Origin: Takakia lepidozioides | Taxonomy: Eukaryota; Plantae; Bryophyta | Length of the DNA stretch: 64,000 nucleotides | Reading direction: 5' to 3' | Assembly: GCA_030704615.1 (NCBI GenBank) | Contig: CM060732.1 | Span: 26,164,001-26,228,000 of the forward strand | Shown here: one piece after another, positions 26,670 to 37,574 of the stretch | Numbering within the stretch: the first letter of the stretch is position 1 | Layout: each line of letters opens with the position of its first letter | Notes under the pieces: model-generated | The model's database searches: none | Told to the model about the DNA's origin: nothing | What the model saw: only the letters and a program-made list of their open reading frames with translations | Position numbers and translations under genes: made by a program

Positions 26670-29600
26670 ATGGCGTCGTATGCGTTGGAAGATTTTGTGG
26701 GGGATGGAGTGTTGAAGGACCTGCTCGGACAATTGACAGCGGATGGGTGGGACGATGTGCCCACGCTCAAAATGATGAACGCCGAAGACATGGAAGCTCT
26801 TCAGCTCACAGAACAGCAAAGGGTACCGCTTCCTCTTCCATCTCGATTTTTGTCTTGTTTTATCAACCGTTTAGTGTTTGGGGGTCATTATGGAAACGTT
26901 TCTTCGATTCTGCGGAGAGCTGGAGGTCATGTTTCAGCAATAGAGGCCGAGGGTCAAGGTGGAACGAACTCGTACTCTGTTCCACCTGCTCAGTGGGGCT
27001 CAAGGAGTGGCGCGGTCTTCCTCAGTGCAATCTGCACACAAGCACCGAGTTAGTTTTGGAGGTCGGAAGAAATCGTTGAAGTGGAAGCAGAATTATGCTA
27101 TCGATAGAGATTATGCACAGTAGAGAGAGAAATGAAATGAAATGGTACTTTATAACGTCCGCGGAAAGCTCATAGAGCTTATGGGACAAAATGGAAACAT
27201 GAGAGAGGAACAAGTCCAGAAACCACAATTAATGTTCTAGCGAATGTCGAAGGGTGAAGGCCTCGTGCAGGTAGGCTGCCAAGCATTTTTGATCCTCATA
27301 GTGGAAGACATCAGTGAGAGTTTGGGTTCCACTGAATAAACAGTGGAATCTCCCACGGATCTCGTAGTATAGAGGGCAGTAGAAGAAGAAGTGTGCTTCA
27401 GTTTCGATTTCCTGGCTGCGCCCTATGCAAGCTGGACATAGGCGGTCCTCCCGTTGCAGGTTTTCCCACCTGCCAGTCTCTATCCGTAGGGGGCAGAGTT
27501 CGCATGTGTACCATTGCAATCCGAGGCCCTCTTCCGGCTTACAATCTTTCTCCATAGATTACAGGCCCTTCCACCCAAGGGGCTCGTGGCAAGGGCCCTC
27601 ACAACATCTATGAGGCTCAAAGCTGCAGGTTTCAGGAACTCCTGGTATGCTCGAGTGGACAGTTTATTTCAATCGTAACGGACTTTCTACTGCTTTCCTA
27701 TTACCAATGAATCCAGATGAGGTGGACATCACGTCCAGACATGACCGCTAGCAGAGAGCTTATGGAATTACATGTCCAGAGAACTTGGAAGCTACCCAAT
27801 CTCACAACAAAGCTCCACTTCTATCGAGAGACATTCTTGGTGCTTCGCGACAATAGAATCTTGAGACCAAATTACCTTTCAGCATCCTTATCTCCTTCCC
27901 TCCTGAGGGCATTGGGGCGGTTCAGGGTGGGTTCCCGGATCTGAGATGGAGTTGTGCTCCTGGTGCCAAGCATTGCTTGGAGAAAAGATGACTGTAATGG
28001 CTCCAAATTCTTTTCCCACCAGGAGACAGGGACACCAGGTGCCCAGAACTCACAACCATAGATGGTAGCAGGGCTGACGACAGTGTCAAACAGCCACTTT
28101 TTGGTTGGGGGATGACGCAGATGTATTTGCTTGCATTTGGCCTGAAGGCGGACGGAGGCCGCCTTACCTTTAGTCAATCTGTCCAAGGCAGTGGCTGCAA
28201 AGTGAAACTTGGGGAGTGGATAACCAGACCCAGGTATCGGTATGATTTCACAATCTCAATTTCTTGCTGGTTGAAGATGAATCTACGATCAGCCTGGCCA
28301 TTGAAGACCATGATCTTGGTCTTGCTAAGATTGACTTGCATCCCATAGTCTTTGCAGAACTGTTCCAAAATTTTGAGATGGCGTTGCAGGAAGACCGGGG
28401 ATAGTGCCAAAAGGGCAACATCATCAGCGTAGAGGAGATCTGATTGCGTTGGTCCCCCATCCAATGGTACCCCAACCCCATGGTTTTTTGATATGTAATT
28501 CTCCAAAGCGTCAATGTAGATCCCGAACAGGGTAGGTGAAAGGGGGCAGCCCTGTTTGACTCCAATGTTGCTGTGGACCTCGGCTGAGAATTCACCAGCG
28601 ACGTGGACCATGCCAGTGACAATCTCATACATAGAAGAGATGGCACAAAGGATGTCTGGAGGGACTTCCACTCTATGGAGCCGTTGGAAGAGAAGGTCCC
28701 GAGGAACATGACAAAAGAATGGTCTATGTTTGCTTCGTCGACTTTCACAAAGCCTTTGATCCACCATAACCTGAAGAGTGAAGATGTGGTCAATAGTGGA
28801 TCTGTTGCGACAGAAACTAGCCTGTCCCTCAGCACGAATGCGAGAGGACTCAGCCCAATCATCCAGTTCCATGGCCACTACTGCCCCAAACAGTTTAGCA
28901 AGTACCGAGGACACCATGATAGTACGATAGTTGGTCGGTGCGAGCCTGTCACCGCTCTTGAAGAGTGGGTGGATGATGCTCTTTGTCCACTCTGTGGGAA
29001 AGCCCCGTTGCACCACCTCATTGAAGAGGTTAGCTATAAAAGGGGTTAAAGTAGGTGCAACATGCTTGATGAATTCACTCTGAAGTCCTGAAATGTCTAC
29101 TGCTCTGCCATTTTGCAGCTTCTTGATTGCCTTACTGACATTGGCCGTAGTAAAGAGAGAGAAGTGAAGGGGTTTAGATGTTATAGGAGAGGGAGTTTGG
29201 GTTGGGGAATGGTACAAAGACTGTGCATACTCATGCCAGACGTGAATGTCAGTGATTGGGGGAGGGTCTCTATGAGGTTTAAGGAGGGACCAAAAAGAAC
29301 GAGGAGAAAATCTGATTTTAGCAAGGAAAGAAGATTGCAACTTGATAGTGTAGGCTCTCTTTTTGGATCTAATGAGGGACTTATAGTGCTTAAGAGCAAG
29401 ATTAGTGGACTCTGGAGAAGAATTGGTATGTAGTAGTAAAGATTTGATGTGACGTCTAGCAGTCTTGCATTCCTCATCATAAAATGGGGCATAACGATGA
29501 GTGGAGAAGGGTGAGGAGGTAGATGGAAGGGTGACGGGAAAGGATCGCAGGGCTGAGTCCCAAAGGGCTAGAGTAAGATGTGTAGCCTTGTTGTTAGGAG

Positions 29601-32000
29601 ATGGTGGATGTAGAATGGAGGGGAGGGTTGACGCTAGGTGTGTTTCATACTCGGCGTCGTGTAAGTGAGAGAAAGGGGTATTAAAGTGGATACGTGGGTG
29701 TAGGGGAAGAGAAGCAGAGGGGACCTTCACGGGGGGGGGGGGGGGGGGGAGAGATGGAAGGAAATGCAAAGGAAAGGCAAGAGTGAGAAATGAAATGAAA
29801 TGGTGCTTTATAACGTCCGCGGAAAGCTCATAGAGCTTGTGGGACAAAATGGAAGAAAACATGAGAGAGGAAACAAAACCAGAACCCAAGAACCAGAACC
29901 TCGTGCAGGTAAGCTGCCAAGCATTTCTGATCCTCATAGTGGAAGACTTCAGTGAGAGATTGGGTTCCACTGAATAAACAGTGGAATCTCCCATGGATCT
30001 TGTAGGGCAGTAGAAGAAGAAGTGTTCTTCAGTGTCAATTTCCTGGCTGCGCCCTATGCAAGCTGGACATAGGAGAGAGAGAGAGAGAGAGATAGGGCTT
30101 GTCTTGTCTTGACAAGCAAGGATCTGTCTAAATTATCTAGACAAGATGAAATTGTTGACAACAACAGCCTTCAGAAGAAGGCATCGTGTCATATTTACCT
30201 CTTGATCCTGCCCCAATAGTTAAGATATTTCCTATAGAGGTGATGGGGGGTGGGTGGTGGTGTGGCACTCCCATCCTCCAATTTCACCTCCCATCCACTG
30301 ATTTTGGGCACCTTCAGATGACAACTACTTATGTCATCTTTCTGGCTTCATTTTCCATGCCTTGTCCTGAAATCAATGTCTGTGAAATTGCTGACCCTTA
30401 TTGTGTGTGGTTTCTTCAGGATGCCCTAGAAATACGAACATATCTCCATGACCGCTCTTTAATGGAGTATGCGGACAAGCTCGAGGCTTCAGGGAAAAAC
30501 CTACCGGAATTACTCATTGCCAGTCCATCTTCTCTGTCAGCCCAATATGGCATGAAACGGGGTCATGTTGCAAAATTCATAGACAGATCGAGTGCGTGTG
30601 GTATTCAGATGCCCCCCACCCTTTCTCTGCCTGCGAGAAAACGAACGATGGCATCCCGCAGTGAATTTTCTGTTGACGAAGGCAGTGAGTATAGTAGTGC
30701 TGGGATTAAATCTGGCCTCAAGGGAACTACAACCCGTTCATCAAATGGACCTCTTTCTCCTGACCGGCTGTCCAATAGTTCTGGCTTCAGTCAGGCTCAA
30801 AGTGAGGCATATGAATCTTCCACTAAAAGGGGTGAGACAGGGGGATTTAATTCTATGAAGGATGATTCACCTGGTTTTAAGCCTCCAATAGTAGTGAAAC
30901 CTGCTGGCACTAACAATCCAAATGCTTCCAAGGGCTTGTTCTCAGCAGCCCCGCCAACATCACGCCTATGTGGTTTAGTAATGCCCCATGATGGTGTTGA
31001 GGATGTAACGCCCCTGTCAGTTCTGGAGAAAATTTACGTTCAGAAGCTGACTCCAGAGTATAAGAATGGTGTGGACCCATGGGCGACGGATGACTTGAAG
31101 ATGCCCCCTCCTTCAAAGGCCTCAGAGTTATGGGTGACCAAGCCCACTTTGCTGTTTTGCATTCGCCGTCCCGGGTAATTTCATTTGCTTGTACAACATT
31201 GTCGATTTGGGTTTTCAAATAATTTCTTGAAAGACAGTATCATTTCTACCACAACGGAGCAGCCACTTCTATGCTGATGAATGAACCTACTTTCTGATTG
31301 TAACCCTGCTCTCTGGATGTTGGTCCTCCAAAGAGAGGATATTTATTCAGTTGACTTTTACATTCTTCCCTCATTGGAACTGTCACTTGTGTAGCTGGAA
31401 GGTGGTGTTTGACGGCTGATTGCTGTGAATATGGCAGGTGTGTTATGTGTCGGGCAGAGGCACACCAGTTATATGCTCGAAAACCTATATTTGATGCCAT
31501 GGGCATTCAGTTGGTCGCTGTTCTTAACGAACACATTGACTCTGAGGTACTTCCTTTCTCTCCACTTGTTTCCCCTCCTTGTCTATAAAAATTCCGTTTG
31601 GTCCTTTAATCTGGGTCTTGTATCTGCTTAACAAGACTTGTCATTGCCACTGCAGGTCAAGGCATTCTGGCCCCGTTACTGGGGGGGCATGGTGGTGGTG
31701 GATAAGAGCAGGGAATTCTACAGAGCGCTGGGAGGGGGTCAGCTCCTTAAAGAAAACCTCATCACTGGATTCATCTTCAACCCACTAGCACGACAAAACT
31801 GGAAAAGAGCAAGAGCATCTGGGATAGAAAACAATTTGCACGGGGAGGCTACCATAAAAGGGGGGCTGTACATTGTTAGGCCTGGAAAGGGTGGTGTTGC
31901 ATACCAGTTCGTTGAGAGAAACTTTGGGGATTGGGCCCCCTTGGAAGAGGTTTTAGAAGTTTGCACGAATTTAAAGGTTTCTCTCTCTCCGGAAAGCTGA
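26670..32000 (+). CDS. SAM-like domain + peroxiredoxin-like 2 (AhpC-TSA_2/PRXL2-type) protein. Exons 26670-26822, 30420-31174, 31438-31546, 31656-32000
   Basis: SAM-like GWDDVPTLKMMNAEDMEALQL and YADKLEASG..GMKRGHVAKF; thioredoxin-fold IRRPGCVMCRAEA formed across a splice; FYRALGGG, GGLYIV..YQFVERNFGDWA. The end of the last exon could be spliced further. Confidence 0.88.
27122..29730 (-). mobile_element. 5'-truncated RTE/RTEX-like LINE in intron 1 of the SAM-PRXL2 gene, with an internal inversion
   Basis: RT motifs PTNYRTI, KQGCPLSPTLF, LLYADD, YRYLG; IETGRW..CPAC..ETEAHFFFYC; 3' hairpin AAGCTC-TAT-GAGCTT and a (CATTT)n tail. Confidence 0.92.
29781..30072 (-). mobile_element. Second, ~290-bp 3'-end copy of the same LINE, in tandem
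   Basis: Closely matches 27122-27442 with small indels; abuts (GA)n at 30072-30092. Confidence 0.88.
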
Positions 32001-34202
32001 TCGAGTGAGGCCTGGAGCACACTGCACTCAGACTGCGACATCAGCGGGTGAAGAGAGATGAACAAGGAGCGAGGGGGAGCTTCTGAACTCAGAAGGACAG
32101 ACCTATACCTGCACGCGGATCCAGGGCGCATGATGCACAAACTGATAGGGGTTTAATGGGTCATAAGCATTAGCGGCGGTGAATAAAGGATGCAGCAGCA
32201 ACAGGCTGCACTGACAAGGGAGGGCTCCCTAAAAACTGGTTAATGAAGGATCCAGCAGGTAGAGGGATAAGGTTGAAGGGAAGATGAAGCTGCAGGAGGC
32301 AGGATAGAAACGATTATCCACGTGATGGATGAAGCTAGGGTATTGTTGCTTCAACGTTTGCAACTATTGAGTCCGTGGATACTTGCAGGCTATGACATTC
32401 CTACAAATGCCATAACCACGTCCGATTGCCTCTTGGATTCTGAGTTTGTTTGAATGGTTCCTCAGCAGCTCATTTGAGTTTTTTCTGGGCCCTGTCCCCA
32501 AATGCAGAGTCATATGGAGTTAGTTCTTCAATTGGAAGTTAGAGAAGGGATGAAATATGAGCTATTTACAAAGAATTATAGAAGAGATCAAAGAAGCAAT
32601 TGTGCTTCTGGCTTGGTTATTTTGAGATGTTCAAATATTCCAGTTCTAGCAATGGATGCAGGCTGCGGCCTGTCATGTCAGTATTCACTGTCCGAAGTTT
32701 CGCAAGATAGCTCTTTGCCATGGGCTGATGATAATATTCACAATCACTTCCAACGTTTGGTGCATTGTATGGGAGGAGCTGGTCTGACTTGTCCAAGTCT
32801 ACTGGCAAGGCGTCTTCAAAATCACCCAACATTCGCCTAACCACTCCTCTTTCCTGCAATGCTTGATCATAGTGTGAGCAGAGCAGAGCTGACATATCCA
32901 AGTCTTGTCCGATTCATCCAAGTCTACCGAGCCCTTCCAGACAAACCAACATACGCAGGTGGGGAGATATGGAGGTGGCTGAACTCGGCACTTTTGCATC
33001 ACTGAATCAGGAGGGTATCCGTCCCCAGACAATTAACTAGAATGGAAGGTAGGAAAAAGTATTGAGCAACTTATTCTTGAATCAGCGTATTCTGTACTTC
33101 AGTGCATTCTCTGTCAATACTAGTAATAGGGAACAGTCTCAAATGCAATTTCCCCATATGTGAGTACGTCACCTGAGAAAGATAACACTTCAACTACGGA
33201 CTGAGTTATAAGCTCCTTGTATGCTCCGCGACTAATAGGCTCTATATTTATGCTGTGAGTGGCCAGTATGGGCCACAATGCAAGAGCCCAACTGCACAGA
33301 ACTGGATACTGGGACTCACCTTTAGTCTCAGCTTCTACCACTACCAGTTCAAAGGTATGAACAAGCCTGTGATCTGCAGGTGATGGACATGACATTGACT
33401 TTTTGGAGGCAGGGTGGTGTGAGGTGGTGGAATCTCAAAGGGTTGTTATTGTATGTTGGTATTCTTATCCGAGAGTGTTTAAGTTGAAAATCAATATTAC
33501 TTAACAAAAGCTGGTGGTATTTGAGGTTGCTCCGTGGTATTAATGACACAGTCCCTTTGCATTTTCAGCAGTTGACCAATCCAGGTGGTTTCTGCTGCAA
33601 TGGAGGCACAACCTCCCAACTGGGCTGCCTGCTCAAGTGCTCAGTGGAAGGGCATGCTTGCAGCCTGCCCTTCGATATGATATAGGTGTCCCCCCTCCAT
33701 CTTACCCCTAGTCAAAGAGGGTACTTATTACTACACACTTACTACTAACTAGAAGCTGACTGTACCCATATCTGAATCCTTGTTGTCACTCTCCGAAGGA
33801 CCAAACCAATGCTCTCATCTAGGTATGTCCCATGAGATTCCAAAAGCTGATTGAATCGATGTGCAACATATATAGAGAGGACTAGTCCCAAAACAGCCAT
33901 CGGCGCCGTAATTGCATTCACAAGTCCCAGAAAGTACTTACAAACCCGCAAACTTGGCGAGAAGGTTGCGGGGAGACGGATCTCTACCGCTCCAAGGAAC
34001 TTGGCTCTCGTGGGTTGAGCGCTGGGAAAGAATTGGGGCGGCTGTGCTGGATGAGAAACCAGCATTCTGATCGACGTTGGCGACAAGTTGAGGAATGTGA
34101 TAAGATTGCGGGAAGCAACAGGTATTGTGTGCGCACGCAAGATCGGCAGCGGTGGAGAGAAGGATTTTTTGATTTGGGTTTCGTAGCCGAAATTCTGTGA
34201 AG

Positions 34203-36537
34203 ATGGCGGAACCTCCCTTGCGGCTGCTCAATTTCGTATCGGAAAATGAGGTTTGATCTGTGTTATCGATGTTTGGGCCAGCCTTGTTATAGCCGCTGCG
34301 TTCCTCTTGATTGTATTGACATGTTACAACTTGGTGGATGGTTACCGGCAGTTGGAGGAAGGTCGGGAGAGCAAGGGTCAGCGTGTGGAAGATGGGGGCG
34401 GCTCTTTGGATAGGCCCTTATTTGAGGTCAGTGGTCTTGTACCTCTCTGCCTGTGACTCGTTGAGAGGAGTCAGGAATATGGGAGACAGAGGTCATATTT
34501 GGCTCTACTTCTAGGGAATTTTCGACTGACGGGGATAGAACCGTTCTGATACCTCCTTTGAATGTGCACAGGTACTGAAGGAAAATAAAGACAAGAAAGA
34601 TGCGGAATTTAATGAGCGCTTCAAGCACCGTGAGTTCCAGTGCTCTCGTTGCTTCTCTTGCTCTGCCTTACCTTCCACGGGCATGCACGGATATGGGCCA
34701 CAGAGGACGCTAAGTATTGGCCTGTAGGTCCATTTATGGTGGGGAGGGCACGCCAAAAGTAGGGTTGGCGGATGCATGCAATCCGTGTTTGGACATGTCG
34801 AGTTGAGATATTACTATGGAGACCGTTTGTCTCGGTGTAGGCATATGGCCAATGCAGGAGAGGAATTGATGTGTGGACGGGTCGACAATTTTCGTGTAAG
34901 ACTGTTGCTGCAGGGGATATTAACATTGGACAGGAGACGGGTCTGATGCAGGGCAGGGGTTAGGAGACAGAAAGTGTATGTCTTCTGAATGCTGTATTTT
35001 GTGCTGTTACAGAGCCCCCCAAGGCGCTGGATGAAGAAGAGACTGAGTTTTTGGAATCGTTGGAGATGGTGAGCATGGCTTCCTATGGCAGGGACATGGG
35101 TACGACCACTCCTAGAATTGAATACATGGGAATTTTTTTTCTTGTGGCAACTTTATCTGTCTTAGCCAGGCGGGAAGATTTCACAGCAGATCAGACGTGA
35201 AGCTCATTTGTGACCATCTTGAGCGAGTGGAATGAAGGAATCTCTATTTACAGAGAGGGTGTTTTCCCTTCTTGCACTCCGAAGTGTTTTGGCTGAGCTC
35301 GGTCAGGGTGATTATGCCATGGGAGACTTACTGGTGGTCTGCTGCAGGAGCTCATTTTTAAAACCCTAGTGTGTGTCTTTGTGTATTGTCGTGAAGTCTG
35401 AAAGACAGCATACCAGACTGTCTCTTACGTGCTTGTTGGCTTCCATGTGCAGTACAAGAAAAAATTGGAGAAGCAGGTTGCTGAGGAGGAAGCCCAGCAG
35501 CTTACAGATTTTCATGTCTTTCTTCCTCCCCCCCTCCCCCCCCCACCAAAGACTCTGTGACTCCCTTAATGCCTGATCCTTATTCAAACCTTTAGAGTAT
35601 GTGTAACCTTCTTTTAAAGAAGTCTGATTTCCTCTGGCAGCAGCTCTACCTGGGCACTGTCATGCAGTGATTTTCATCGGGGACTGACCTATATTCCTGT
35701 TACGCCGGCAGCAGCATACCCAATTGTCTTTTTACAAGTTTTAGGAATGGTTTGTCTGCTTGGTCTTGTGGAGGAATATAAGAACATATCTTGAAAGTGA
35801 ATGTTTGGGATCTGGACAGGCAGCAATAGCAAGTAGGACCATTGCAGCTGAGGAGACAAGACTGATTGGAGAGCCAAGACCAGTCAGTACTGCCAGCAAT
35901 CCTCAGGAGGTAAGAGTGACCAAGAGCTGTCTGTTTACTACAGAATGCAAGTAGCTGTTAGTATGGAGGCTTCTCTGGAGGGTAGGCCTCCTGCAATTTG
36001 GTTCTCATCCCGTAGATATGCTACGTGAGGAGTGACATTAGAGGTGGGCGCCTGGCTCTCAAGGGAAATTTAAGGAAACTGTGCTACGATAAGTCAGGCA
36101 TAGATTCCAGTAGTCTGCCTTGGACTGAGAGATTCACAATCAAGGATGCTTCCTTCACAATCAAAAGCAAGAGCTGTTAAGAGTGTGATGAAAAATGACC
36201 CCTTGTAGAGTCCAGAAATTTTGGGTTGATAATGAGGTGATAAAGGCCTGCATAGGTACGAAGTGTACCCTAAGGTTAGTAGCAACTGACCAATGGGGAT
36301 CGTTGGCACACGCAGGCAGCATCAGGAAGGGGTAAGAGGTCATTACATTCTCTGAGAGTCACAAACTTTGTCAAGATCAAGGCACAGCCCAAAAAGACAA
36401 AGTTTGACACTGAAAAGATTCACCAACCTGCCACACAAGCTCAGGAGGTAGCTGCAGTTGGCGGCCAAGCTTGGGGACTCGTGTCCTACAGTGATGAGAG
36501 TGATGAAGACAACAATGAACTGGCAATGCTTGGATAA
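34203..36537 (+). CDS. FAM192A/PSME3IP1 (NIP30)-like nuclear protein. Exons 34203-34250, 34352-34426, 34572-34629, 35013-35068, 35453-35515, 35820-35909, 36316-36537
   Basis: Spliced: LLNFVSENE..DRPLFEVLKENKDKKDAEFNERFKH.PPKALDEEETEFLESLE (Nefa_Nip30_N-like) and C-terminal GLVSYSDESDED; all introns GT-AG and in phase. Confidence 0.88.
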
Positions 36538-37574
36538 ACAGATCAAAAGTAGTTTAGTTGCTGTGAAGTAGTTGGCACTGTTTGATTGATATGGAGAAGT
36601 TTCATGTTTTGTTTGGTAGCTCTGTGATTGCCAGAACAGAATTGATGTGGGTGAAAACAGGTTGCCAAAAGATTGCAACTGATGCCTTGACTACTTTCAC
36701 AAGTGTCATACAGAAACACTGAAGATGATGGAGATGTCACACAAGAAGTGTGCCTGGATAATACTTGCACGCTTTGAAAATATTTCTCGCTGTTAGTGCG
36801 TGTGGAGTTACCAAATATATTGAACATGTGCTTGGTCGATGTGAAGCATAGTTTCATCAAACCCTGAAGCCGCATCAGCAAAGTGTAATGGCCCAGTGGA
36901 TTAGGAACCTGGACCCATGGCCGCAGAAGTCATCCCCATAGTGTGTAGGGCTCCCACATCGTCAGATGCGATTGCAGGACGTAGTTTGTCTTGAGAGAGG
37001 TCTATTCAAAAGGGTGAACAGACCTAGCACAGGGCATTCCTCTTAGCTTGCACTTCCAATTGTTATGGCTTACAGAGGAAAAATCTGTCTAAACTCGAGG
37101 GCCAGCACCTGTGACTGATTTGAAAAATGGACGGTCTAGCCGTTGCTACCTTTTTGCCAGCATATTCGTGGCAAAGGTTGCTTTGCAAAATTTCAAATGG
37201 AACCAGTTCCAGGGCTGTGTGCATTGGCTACCAATCCTCCAAACAGTGTGCTCTGTTCACTTCACTGCATCGTAGTAGGCAAATCCAGTATCACAAGCCT
37301 TGCAGCACACCTAAACAGAAGACAATCATGAACTCGAGAACCTCATAAAAAGACATAGTCTTTTCATGACATATAGCCATTAGCTGTTACCACCAGTCTG
37401 CCAAGAGCACAGGCCTGAGCCATACTGGTCGCTGGCAGTAATTCCAGATACTATTGTTACAAGTGACTCTGGAGGACACAAAATCACCCATCACAGCTTG
37501 GGCGGCCCCAAACCCAAGGGATCACATGGATGCAAAGGTAAGTTAGCTAATTTAAATTGCTTAACATGTGCAAA

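Noticed and set aside
29760-29994. N-terminus of the 606-aa RT ORF as a real protein start
   Set aside because: Chance read-through from the neighbouring truncated 3'-end copy and a poly-C run
27122-30072. LTR retrotransposon or Penelope element suggested by the ~300-bp direct repeats
   Set aside because: The RT is non-LTR type (QGCPLSP, YADD); the repeats are ORF2 3' ends with tails; no TG..CA ends, integrase or GIY-YIG seen
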